From Lama glama (taxonomy: Eukaryota): a stretch of DNA of 64,000 nt. Positions 11,756 to 23,099 of the stretch are shown piece after piece. Location: assembly GCA_028534125.1 (NCBI GenBank), contig CM052816.1, forward strand, positions 34,598,001 through 34,662,000, in the 5' to 3' direction. The first letter of the stretch is position 1; the number at the start of each line of letters is the position of its first letter. The notes below the pieces were generated by a model. That model ran no database searches, was not told the origin of the DNA, and worked only from the letters and a program-made list of their open reading frames with translations. Position numbers and translations under genes: made by a program.

Positions 11756-14486
11756 AGAGTCTGTCAGGCAGCCAAAGGCAGAGTATGTACAGGTTTAAAC
11801 CAGCATGCTTCAAGGTTGATCAGTTCTTTAGATACAATATGTTAAATTCATAAATTTAATATAAAATATTTACTGGATACTATGCACTGGTCTGCATAAA
11901 TGTACAAAATAACTTTGCCTTAAATACTATCTCATGGAAAAGCTACATTATAACCGCAAGAGACTGAGTTTATTCAAATCAAATGATTTACTTCCTTCCT
12001 ATCACAAGGCAACTTGAGCAATACTCACGCACTAGGTCTGAACTCCATTTCTGTATAATCAACTCTCAAATGTGCTTGAACCTAAACATGGTTTCAACCT
12101 TATAGTTAGTAGTTTGGGCATGATACCTATAAGTGAAACAGAAACTCGTTTTAGTTAATATGGTCTACTTCCTCTCCTGATCAACCTAAGAATCACAACT
12201 ATGAAAAGAAGCTAAATTTACTCTTTAGAGTTTCTCTTTCTCCTCTCTTTAGTTCTACATGAATATAAAAGCTGATGCTACCAGGAACTTGACCACTAGG
12301 ACAGAAGGGGCCAAAAACACAATGAGGCCTTTACAAGCCAGCAACCAGAGGTTATATCCCAGCTGTTGAATATCCGTCCATTTTCTTAAAGATCTCCAAC
12401 GAAGTGAAGGAACAAGGGAAAACTAAGACTACTGGACTCAAAAAACAAAGTAAAGCAAGGGATCAGCAGTAGCTACTGAACTACTCCTTCTAGGAAAATC
12501 TCGACACTCAGTCCAATCTGTCAAAAAAGGCCAAAGCTTTAACAGCTATCACCAAAAGCAATAGCTGACTCAAAGTAAAATCAACAAGGAAAAGTGGTAA
12601 TTTTAGTCAATGTTTTGCCTACAGTCCAGATAGATATCCTTTGATGAGACAGAGAAAATGCCCTTCAGATAAATAGGATTGCAACATCTCCCAAGCAAAA
12701 GTATTTCTGTAGGCCCTGATACCAGTGCTGATCTGGAAACAAGACATTCAATCCAATTTAAAAAATAACAAACTTAAGCCTTCAGACCAGATGCAGTCAA
12801 GAGTGTCTGTCCCATTTGGCAGAGAAGCAGCAGCTTGGGTCTTAATGAAACATGCTGAGGAGGAGGAGTCCTGAAAGATTGCTGGACTCAGGAGAGGGTG
12901 TAGGAAATCATTCTCTCCAGGGGCTTTCCCATCCCTGTACTCATTTCTCCTCAGTCCCTGGGTGCCACCACAATCAAAGTTCCATCACTTCCCCAAAGTC
13001 ACAGATCTCAAAAAGTATATCCCAAGAAATGAAACTCCCTTATACACAACTGCACAAACCCCAGCAACAAATGCTATAGTTTACAAATAGAGTGCACTGG
13101 AGTATGGAGAAGCAGGGAAGATTATACTTTTCTATTTATCATTCATAAACTAAGATTCACAGATTTCTGAAAGTAGGAAAAAGAACTAGGGGATTGAGGT
13201 CAACTTTTGTTAAATAAATACTATGCTGAACTCCTGAAAAAGTACTAGAGAGGTAAAGTGTTTAAACTTGTTTTTATACATGTATTATATTTTCACATTA
13301 AAAGTTAAAAAAAGGCATAGAACTTCCCACCTACCCATGTCTTTCAATCAAATACTTAGAGACATTCACGCTTTCTCACTTGATACGTGTTATCTGGGCA
13401 CAAAGAGAAAAATCTAAACTTTACTCTCACATTTTCCATCAGTCTCAACCTCTGAACTTTCAAGACTTAATATTAATCCCTATGATCATACGCTATACTA
13501 AAGATCAATCATTTGTTATACAAAACCTGACTCATTAATTCTCCAGATCCAAATATAAGACACTAATAAGACATCCTGTTATACACAATGTAGATAGTAA
13601 GCAACTTGTGAAATCTGCTTGCAGGAAGTGATGAAGAATTTCAGGAAGACCTTAACCATGTTTCTCCTTTCCATCTGCTCGAATTCTGACATTACCTCAA
13701 AGCATCTTCAGGGTGTTAGGCCCTGGCCAGACTCTCATTCAGAGTGGAATTTTTATTAATTTTTCTAGCTGAGATTTATTAACCCTGAAATATATACACA
13801 AGCTAAAACAGACAAGGCCACCTGTTGCCTCCAGGCCTCCAAGGAATTCCTCCCAGAAGCACAGGAGATTTCCAAAGACTATCTCAGAGACAGGCAGCTG
13901 CTCCAGGGTGGGAGAAACTGGAGCACCTGCAGTTCCGCCCACTTCCACCCTAGAGTCTGGCCAAATGATGGAAAACATAGACTTGTGGGAGGAGGGAAAA
14001 ATAACGAAAGATAGAACAACAGCAAATAGATTGCTCTCAATCAAGGACAGTTTTAAAACAGATCTTGCTTACAAGATGGACCAAATATATACCTTACTGA
14101 AGGTTCCATGTTAACTATAAGAAACTAAAATGGACAATTCAGAGGAAGTCAGTCCCTTCCTAGAGAAATCATTCTACTAGACACTAAAAATGATTTATAG
14201 TGACTGACTAGCTTGGCTCTATTAAACCCAAGGAATTCAGTATCCAAATTCATCAAAGAAATATAATATAGTACAACCTAGTTTTGCTATGTTTGGTGTT
14301 CTCATCAAAGTAAGGTTTACATAGGAGTTAGAAGCAGTGAAAGAAACAAAAGTCAACTCAAATGCTGGGATGCTATGCTGCATAATAGTTTTCATTATAA
14401 TATCTAGCTCTAAAGTGAACTAGAAGACATTCTGGAGGAGGTATAAATCTCAAGCATTAAATGTTTCATAAAATGGAGCACATTCA

Positions 14487-14528
14487 GTGGTCTGGAACTA
14501 AACCTACAATATCTCTGAGGTACGCCTG
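14487..14528 (+). mobile_element. Tigger1-like transposon terminal fragment (TIR followed by TA)
   Basis: gtggtctggaactaaacctacaatatctctgaggtacgcctg|ta matches my recollection of the Tigger1 3' terminus; TA is the Tc1/mariner target. Confidence 0.75.
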
Positions 14529-15197
14529 TACCATATGACCCAGCAACTGTACTCCTGGGCATTTTCCACAGAGAAATGAGGTCTTTTGTTCACACAACAA
14601 CCTGTACACAAATGTTTATAATGTTCACAGCAGCTTTATTCATAATAAACTGCCCCAAATTGGAAACAACCCAGATGTTCCCTTCAATATGTGAATGGTT
14701 CAACGAACTATGCTCTATGGAATACTACTCAATAATAATAAGGAACAAAAGAAAAATGAAACGATAAGAACAACAACAAAAAATAATAAGGAACAAATAT
14801 GTAACAACTTGGATGAATCTCCAGATTTAAATTGACTGAAAAAAGCCAATCCCCAAAAGTTGCACACAATATGATTTTATTTCTCATTCTTGAAATGACA
14901 AAATTATAGAAAGTGAGAACAGATGAGTAGTTGCCAGGGGTTACAGGTGGGTGGAAACAGGAGGGAAGTGGGTATGGCCATAAAAGGCAATGGAAGGGGT
15001 CCTTGTGGTGATAGAAATGTTCTCTATCTTGGCTGTAACAAGATACCAGTATCCAAGATGTGATACTGTACTAGTCTTGCAAGATGTCACCACTGGGGAA
15101 AACTGTAAAGGATTCATGTGATCTCTTTGTATTATTTCTTATACTTGCATGTGAACCTGCAATTATCTTAAAATCAAACATTTAATTTTTTTTTTAA
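14529..15197 (+). mobile_element. L1 3' end (L1MC1-like)
   Basis: ccatatgacccagcaa...cagcagctttattcataata...gcaagatgtcaccactgggga...gcatgtgaacctgcaattatc. Confidence 0.85.
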
Positions 15198-15354
15198 AAA
15201 AGGGGGCACATTCATTACTGCTTCATAATAAAAGTTCCTTAAAAAAAAAAAAGTCATAAGCTAAGGAGCCACAGAGCAACATGCTCTGTCTTCTACATCA
15301 GATCCTTCCACAAGCAAGTTGGGGCCTAAACAGGAAGCAAAGAATTACTAAGGG

Positions 15355-15545
15355 ACAGTACAGCATAGCAGCTGAGAGCCTACATTCCAAAGGCTGCCTG
15401 TTCAAATTTCAGCTTTTAGCAGTGTAACTTTGGGCAAATTAACTTCTCTGTACCTAAGTTTCCTCACCCACTGGGTCGTGGTTGTGTGAATGAAATTTAT
15501 CATGTAAGGCTAAGACACATAGGCTGATACTAGACATAGAAGAGT
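15355..15545 (+). mobile_element. Decayed MIR
   Basis: gtgtaactttgggcaaattaacttctctgtacctaagtttcctca. Confidence 0.65.
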
Positions 15546-17515
15546 GAGGTTTACAAAGCATTTTTCCAGTCCACCTTCCTGGGGATTCAGTAGCTCTCCA
15601 AAACTAAATCATAGTGCCTTCTTGAACCAAAAATCCAGTCCTGAAAATCTCAGAAGGGTAAACTTAGGTATAAAAAGTTCCAACTTCCTAACCCTCTCTC
15701 CTTGCACACAAAACAGAATACATGAAGAGCCTTCTCTTTCAGCAACCAGTTACTTTCCATTAAATGCTTTATGTTTTAAGCAGAACTTTAGCCCCTCGAT
15801 GAGGACTAGGGTGGATATTAAATTATTGGAATTAACTTTGCCTAAGACTTCACAGTAACCGAATGAGTCACTCACTGCTTTAGAAATAGTAAAATGTCAA
15901 GGTTGCCAGAGAACCCCAGCCCCAGATGTTTGCATAAATCATTTCCAAGTGATCATCAAGCCAAAGCCAAAGGACATTACTCAAGATAACACTTTAAGTA
16001 AAATCTATCAGTTTTCAGGATTTTTTCCTGTAATGAAGAAAATTCTAAAAATGGATTTACTAGGGAGAAGAAAAAGCACAGTAAGTTCAGCCCTAAAATT
16101 ATACAACATATTAAACAAGGATTAAAACTCCTCCTTTTGCTCTAGCTTCATAGGGTTTATGCCTTTTTTTTTAAACTGTTTTATCCAATCAACAAGTACT
16201 GGACAGACCCTAAACTCAAGATTTAAAGATATCTAATAGTGTTTACCTCACTATATTTTCTCTATAATACTACCTAAAAGCAAAAGCTTTTAAATTTTTT
16301 GATAAAACTATTTACAACCAGATTTTTAATACCTCTCATCTGCAACGTGTTTTTAAGTGCTCTGTGTTGATGATACCATACACAAAGGAGTCTTTTTTGA
16401 CTTTCATAACTTAGGTAAAATTAGTAGTCTAATTTCATGAAACTCAAGCCTTTTGTCCTAACATATGACAAGAACAAAAGGCAAGAATATTCTCTGGCCA
16501 TTTACATTGTCACACAAAAGAAAAAATAATAATCTCCAACTTGTTACGTCCTTTATTTCTCTACCCCTGAACCAAGTAGTTGATAGATCAGCCTGTCAGG
16601 GCTTTGAGTTCTTCAGGTTCATTCATCACAGCGGATAGTACACAAAACCCCGTTTTACTAAAATTTCTGGAGTGTATAGGTCATTGGCAAATAACCTGAA
16701 ACTGAAATCGCACATGCGTCGCAGTATCCTCCCAAATAGAACCGACTGTCTCCGTTTGCTTATTTTTGATAACTTTAAATAGAAGACTTAAGACGTGTCG
16801 TTTTCCTAACTCGTTTGACAATCTGACCGCTGGGCTCAGGACTGAGCGCCCCACAGCTTCCGGCCTGAGTATAACATGCGCTTCCCCACTAGGCTCCCAC
16901 GTCGGCTCCAAACAAACCCGATGTAATAGCTGAAGAATGACGACACTAAAATCCACCCTACAGATTCATATCTGAGAAAGACGTCTGCAACACGAAATAA
17001 ACTTTTATTTCTCAAGAAATAGTGGGGTTAAACAACATCACCACCCAGAGGGGTCTGCTAGCTCCATTTCCTGGAGTGGGTGCGCGCAGGGGGTCTGGAC
17101 AGCTTAACCCTGTGCGGGCCAATAGGCTACCTAACAGTTGTCAGCGGGCGCCCCGCCGGTGAGAGAGCGCCCCGTACCGCGCAGGTTCACTGCCAGCAGG
17201 TGATCACCTCAAAAGGCCCGAGTGCGAGCGTAGGGAACCCGGCCACTTCCCCTGAGCGCGATCCGGCTACCGCATGCTGCCTGGTACTTTGTTAACTCTG
17301 CGCGCCCGGCGGGGAGGCAGCTCCCGGATCGCTGTCACCGCGGTCCCAACGCTGCAGAGCCCCGGCTGGAAGAGGATCCAAGCCTCCTCCAGCTCGGCCT
17401 CTCCTGCCCCGGCGCGGAATCTCGAAGGGGGGCAAAGGTAGCGGAGCAGCGGGTAACTACGGGCCCCCATGCCTGCCCTCTCGGAGCCCCGCGCCACTGC
17501 TTTCCTGGTGCTTAC

Positions 17516-17650
17516 CTGGGGAAAGGAGCCCTCGCGGTGCGGGTTTTTGGGGTAGTCTAAGTGACCCCGGTCCAGCATCAGGTAGAGCGAGAAAATCACT
17601 ACACAGAAGATCGCGCTGCCAAACACGGTGAACTGGCGGCTTAACTTCAT
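17516..17650 (-). CDS. MAN2A1: Alpha-mannosidase 2 (Golgi mannosidase II), first coding exon (135 nt, 45 aa); gene continues leftwards beyond the window
   Basis: Translates MKLSRQFTVFGSAIFCVVIFSLYLMLDRGHLDYPKNPHREGSFPQ, recognisable as the MAN2A1 N-terminus (short cytoplasmic tail plus type II signal anchor). ATG at 17650 in GGAAAAATGA context; ends CAG|GTAAG, phase 0; lies in a CpG island. Confidence 0.97.
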
Positions 17651-18659
17651 TTTTCCTCGATAGACTCGGAGCCAGGACACTGTCCTCACCCGGAGGAGGA
17701 GGCAGCCTGTGGACTTCTGGAAGTGGCCGCCGGAGGCTCCCTGATCCGGTGCTAGTGCTCTCCGAGCCCTCGGCTGCGAATGCGGGTCCGGGCCGCGCTC
17801 CGCACCTTGTCTCCGGCGCCCCCACGCGCCCTTGGCCTTCGCCCTGGCCCGCCGCCCACCCTGTGGCCGGGCGTCCCTCCTGAGGCGGGACCCGCCTGCA
17901 GCCCGGAAGGGGCCTGCTCAAACTTAATCTCGAGCTCAGCGCCAGCACCCGGCAGGGCGCGCGGGGCCGGCAGAGAAGAGGTCGCTGTCCGGACTTCCTA
18001 CCACCGTCGCCCCCACCGAGGCGGCAGGAAAAGTTTTCTCGACGAGGGCAGGCGTGTCCTCTTCACCCAGGAGGTGCGGGTTCGGCGGCTCCGGGGCCGG
18101 CAGCGCCGAGCTGGGTGCGAGGAGCCGTGGGGAAAGGAAATCAGGTCGGGAGGAGCCGGGCCCTACAACTTAGCGCCGGGACGGCCGGGCCCGCCCCCAC
18201 GGCACCGCCCCCGCCTCCCCCGACTGAGCCCCTTCCTGCCGCTGCTGAGGCCGGGCCAGGGTACACCCCGGGCGCGGGGACGCACGGGTCGGGCAGGAGT
18301 TTCCTCCGAGCGCTCGTCCGCCCGCCTGCCTCTCCCGCCCCCCGCCGTCCCTTCCTCTCCCCTCTTGGACCCGGACTGCGCTGGGAGGGCGCAGGGGGCG
18401 GGCGGTGGCGGCGCGCGGAGGAGGAAAAGGAGAGCGAAGGAAGGACTGTCCCCGGAGAGAAGCCCGTTCCAGCTGCAGCCGCGAGTTCCCTCCCCACCTC
18501 CAGCCTCGCAAACGCGGAGATGGCGGAGGCAGCTGCGAAAGGAAACGCCGGTTCTCCAGCGCCACTCTGCGCTCCCGCACCGCCCGCCACAAGCAGAAGA
18601 CAGCCGCGGCGCAGCGGCCTCTGGGTCGATAGGCGCCCGCAGACCCGGAGCCGAGCAGG

Positions 18660-18760
18660 CGGCTGGCCCCGCCCCCTCCCGACGCTCCGGCATGAGGGGG
18701 CGGGCTCCGGGGCGCCCAATCACAACGCGCCGCCCGCGGGGCCCGCCCCGCGTCCGCCTT
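18660..18760. promoter_or_regulatory. GC-box/CCAAT-box cluster (Sp/KLF plus NF-Y), likely proximal promoter
   Basis: CCCCGCCCC 18667-18675, GGGGGCGGG 18696-18704, CCAATCA 18716-18722, CCCGCCCC ~18742-18749; no TATA box seen. Confidence 0.65.
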
Positions 18761-19284
18761 CCTGGGCTCCTGCGGTGGGAAGACCTCAGAGGGCTTTTGT
18801 GACCCGCGAGGGGGTATTGCTGGGGTTGTGGCCCTGAGAGGCCTGAGGGCGCCGGCAGCCCCTGTACCGCTGAGCTTTCTCCCGGTTTCCTTTTCGCTGC
18901 CCAGGTTTCCTTTCCTTGAGATCCCGGGCCTGGCGTGCCTTGGACGGAAACTCGGTGAGGAGAAAGGGGGCTGCGAATTCTGTTCAGACTCATCTTTTCC
19001 TCCGTTGCTGCTGGTGACTTCTGAAACCTGAGGGAAAGGAGCCTGCCAAAGGACCCTCCAGGCAGGTGTAGAACTCTGGCTACAAAATCTGTGAGGGGAG
19101 CCTGAGAAGTGATGCTTGTGCTGGTTACTGGTTTCTTGCTGTCAACTCCAAATTCACCCTTTTTTGACTGCGCAGTGAAAATGGATCTGGGCCTTCTAAA
19201 GTAAGTTTTCCTTGGTCAGCAGAGGCTGAAGCTTTGTCAGAAGAGCGTGCTAAGGAGGTGTTACAGGAGAAAAAGTGTTTTTGG

Positions 19285-19800
19285 TGTATTGGTAGGCAGG
19301 CTCTTGTGGTATACCTACCTGGCTTTCTCCAGTGCCAAACTTCTGTGGTGTTCAGGGACCAGCAGTTTCCTCCCACACCCTCAACTCTAGTCATTTTGTA
19401 GTGGAGGGCCTAAAGAGAGACATTACCTTATGAATAGCTTTCCAAGCACCCTAGAGGCAAGATTTGCAGCAAATTCCAGAGGGCCAATTCCCAGCAAGTT
19501 CTGCAGGTGTGGTTCCACAATGACTTCTGTGCCATTTACTGAGCCAGGCTGTGCCCTCTCCAATTAGGTCTCTGTCTTAGCACAGAAAAGGGTTGGGGGA
19601 GCTCTTCTTTGGAAACTCTGCCTCCCAGCCCAAGGGTTAATTATCAGGTTAGCTCCTTAGGGCTGCTATTTCTATTTTCTCTATGATTCTTTTCTCACTA
19701 GTGAAGCTCTCATTACTTCAAAACACTGTTACAGGAAATACTACTTTTTATTAAGCTTTTAATTTTTATTCAGCTTTACCTGTAGCTCTAAGAGATACAC
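19285..19800 (+). mobile_element. ERVL-class 5' LTR (LTR50-like)
   Basis: Begins tgtattggtagg; cccagcaagttc...tgacttctgtgccatttactgagccaggctgtgccctctccaa resembles LTR50; directly precedes ERV-L internal sequence. 3' boundary uncertain. Confidence 0.55.
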
Positions 19801-21439
19801 CTGCAAAGATGGGAATAGGATTTTGGTTTGATTGGACCTCTGTGCTGGAGCTTAGTATTGAGCTCATTGACAACAAAATGCTAGTAATTAATTAGGGCAT
19901 CACAGTCAGTCATCTGTGGCTGATGTGATGAAGTACCAAGTGCCTTGAAGTCCCCAAATGGCAGCTACACTAGACTGTTATGGCTATAAAGTGACTATAG
20001 GCACTATGGTGTAAGATGGATTCTGAGTTGCTAGCTTACAGACAAATTACAAGCATGGTTCAAAGTTATCATATGAGACCCCAGGAGCTTTCATATGATT
20101 CTAAAAAACAAAAAGCCCAAAAACAAAAAGCAAACAACTCTTACTGATTGTAGCAACAAAATGATATTGCTGAAGATGAGACACAAAATTTTAATTTTTA
20201 GGTTACTGAATTACAGCTACTGTTGAATTCACAGATGTGTTAAGTATCTCTTGTCAAAGTTAGGATGTTGTTAAATAATAGGATCCCAAAACTTGGAGTG
20301 GGTTAGACCCAGATGAAACTGAAAAACTTGTACCCCAAAGTCACTTCCACCCTTACTAGTGGAAGTAAGTTGCCCTTGAGTTTCTGAGGCTTCCTCTGCT
20401 TGAAAATTCATCTGGGGCTGATGTCCTGAGAGGAAATTTACATACTTCTCAAAACCGACTGTACTCACCCTCTACTGCTGGTATTCCTACAACTAGAATC
20501 AGATTTCAGCATGTTCCTGGGGGATAAGTGCACACTATAATGGAGGAAGAAGTACCCTACCAAAATAACCGAAAGACTTTGCTAGTATATAGGTAGAAAC
20601 CTGGAGAACATGTGTGGGAGTGGATTCTATGGGTGTTAGACGATGGAGGATGGAATATAACACTATACTGAGCCAAATTTATTGTTAAGGTGTTAATCAT
20701 ATGTGTTAGCTCATGCAGCTAGAGGTGGTTCTCATAGCTTACTTGATTGATTGATAGAAACTTAGACTCAACAGTTGCCTAGAGTTTGTGAGGTTGAAAT
20801 GCCAGAGCTTCCCTGATGTGATGTGAAACAGAGAATTCTGAAGTTTAGGGAAATATTATATTGAACTTACTACATGTAACATGCATACCCATCCCCCAAA
20901 TATGTTCCGGGGAAAGGCCCAGAAGATACTCCCTTCACTGAAGATTTGAGAAATATGTTAGTGAGAGAAAGAGATGCATCTTTGAAAATTTCTGTGGATG
21001 TTGCCCTCTGTAGGCCATGTATGACTACAGAATGTATGACTATTGAGGTGGACTCACTGATATTAATGGGAATGACAGGATCCCAGAACAGCAGAGGCCA
21101 AGCAGTGCTTAACCACCGAAGATAATGTGGGTACATTTGCCTTATTAAAGGGCAGCAAGTATATACAGGCAATAAGACTGCCTTGGCCCACAGAGATGCC
21201 CTAGGAACAAATAGATAGGCAACCTAATAGAGTACTGCTTGATATTTATCACAGGAAAAGCTCTAAATCAGGTAGCTAAAATCTGATCTGAGTCACCACT
21301 GTGGACTCAAACTCAGTTTTTAGACCTATATCAATTCACAGGCCCAGAACCCCTTGACTGAAGGAGAGTCTGTGTCCTCTTAAGGAACAACCTTGTATGT
21401 GAATGTTTCTTCAAGCCTGTCTCAAAGAAATGTGTGGTG

Positions 21440-21596
21440 TAGATGGCAGGGATATTGGAGATAGGCTATTATGTATACTTTAAACTATAGGCAACATCCC
21501 TTTAATGATTAATTTGTGGCAAAAGCAATAGAATACAAAGGTTAAAGTAAAAGAAACAGTTCCAATATGGAGTCAGATTTGTTTTTCCCTGTTAAC
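21440..21596 (-). mobile_element. Truncated ERV1-type LTR (5' part), related to the LTR at 21898-22393
   Basis: Shares aatacaaaggttaaag..aaagaaaca..tccaatatggagtcagatttgtt.ttccctgtta with 22330-22391. Confidence 0.85.
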
Positions 21597-21897
21597 GGTG
21601 TCACCATAAAAGACTTGAAAAAAGCAACAGTGCTGATACCTACCACATTCACATTTAACTCACCAGTTCGGCTAGTGCAGAAGTAGATCCTGAAAAATGA
21701 GTATGGACATTATAAAATTAATCAGGAGTAATTCTAATTGTGGCTGCTGTCCCCAGCTGCAGTATTTTTACTGAAACAAATCAACACAGCACCTGGCACT
21801 TGGTGTATAGCTACTGACGTGGCTAATGCTGTCTTCTCTATACTTATTTATAAAACCACCAGAAGCAGCTGGCTTTTACCTAACTGGGCCAATAATA

Positions 21898-22393
21898 TGT
21901 TACTGAGTCCTTGCCCATACTGCTCACCTCATGACTGGTCAATAAATCAAGAGATGAGTTGTTCAGGCAAGGAATAGTGATTTTATTTGGAAAGCCAGCA
22001 GACTGGGAAAATGGACTAGTGTCCCAAAGAATCATCTTTCCCAAATTAGAATTCTGGCTTCTTTTATACTAAAAGAGGAGGGGGAGTGGTTGGTTGTCAC
22101 AAACATCTTGGTGTTGGATTCCTTTGTTCTTGCAGCTGCCCACATAGGTCAGTCCCCGATGTTCCTGTAACCCTCCAATAAGGCAAATGTTACTCTCTGT
22201 TCTGCAAGTTTTTATCTCTATATGAATGGAAAAGCATTATACCTTTAAAGATCAGAACCTTAAGAATGGGCTATCCTGTATATTTCATCCTATAGGCAAC
22301 ATTCTTAACTTACAGCAAAAGCAGTAGAATAATACAAAGGTTAAAGAAAAAGAAACATCCAATATGGAGTCAGATTTGTTCTTCCCTGTTACA
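21898..22393 (-). mobile_element. Complete solo LTR, ERV1-type, inserted in ERV-L pol
   Basis: TG...CA termini (tgttac...tgttaca); 4-bp TSD aata (21894-21897, 22394-22397); AATAAA on the minus strand (~21983-21988); pol homology resumes on both sides. Confidence 0.88.
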
Positions 22394-23099
22394 AATATAC
22401 CTCCACAGTATTGCCTCAGGGACACATCAGTTCTCCTTAATATAGCCTGCAGAAATGTTGATCGTCCTGACAGTCCACAAAACATCACACTGGTTCATTT
22501 TGGTTGTTCATAATGACAACAGTATGCTGATTGGATCTGATGAGCAGGAAGTAGCAAATATTTTTACACAACTTAAGAAGATTATTTGAACTAAAAGGCA
22601 TCAGCTAATAATCAGAAGTGTGAGATGACAACCTCAGGGGTGGGATAAGTTCAAGGATGGTACAAGGTATACAAGGAAAAAGCCACTGAGAGAGAAATCC
22701 AAGCAAATGATGTGAGTTAGACATTATAGAATTGGAAAAAATAGTGAAGTGATTGCTGCAGAGACTGGTCATACCAATTATGTGGCTCTTGAAGGGAAGC
22801 AATGACACAGCTGGTAGAAAAGGAACACCCTACACCTCAGGAAGTCAGGACTGGGTGAAGACCCATTAACCTTTCTTGGCTCTTACCTGCAGCATACAGG
22901 GCCTGGCATCTCAGAGTGCTTTGCTCACTGAATACCCATTCTTAACTTAGATCCTGGGTCCTTAGATCTTAAACTAAGGACTGTTGACCTTTCAGATTGA
23001 TGACTTCCAGCCTTGATGACAGAACAAGATTAATTTTCTGGACATTAATATGGTTCCCCCTAGCCTGGTATTACTGTCAGTCTCATGCATTCTCTATTT

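Larger units (their letters stand above)
1..17515 (-). other. MAN2A1: MAN2A1 intron 1 (partial)
   Basis: Begins at canonical donor GTAAG (17515-17511). No sequence matching the expected exon 2 peptide (GQLSMLQEKIDHLE...) was seen in 1-17510. Confidence 0.85.
17080..18990. promoter_or_regulatory. MAN2A1: CpG island covering the MAN2A1 promoter, 5' UTR and exon 1
   Basis: Very GC- and CpG-rich against a CpG-depleted background. TSS cannot be placed from sequence alone. Confidence 0.95.
19800..22580 (+). mobile_element. Decayed ERV-L internal region (gag and RT part of pol), with internal deletion and two inserted LTRs
   Basis: Gag-like PGEHVWEWILWVLDDGGWNITL at ~20600-20665; RT-like TIKDLKKATVLIPTTFTFNSPV at ~21605-21670; LLKQINTAPGTWCIATDVANAVFSI (ORF 21738-21977); YTSTVLPQG after 22394; decayed YIDD region then MLIGSDEQEVA ~22525-22560. 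Many stops and frameshifts. Confidence 0.88.

Noticed and set aside
17267..17515. C-terminal part of the 140-aa ORF (VSTRKAV...)
   Set aside because: Read-through past the canonical CAG|GTAAG donor into intron 1; similarity to MAN2A1 ends at the donor.
17457..18993. Long overlapping ORFs (340, 276, 240, 192, 163 aa) on both strands
   Set aside because: Arg/Pro/Gly/Ala-rich low-complexity translations in several frames at once; expected from stop-codon scarcity in a CpG island; no recognisable domain.
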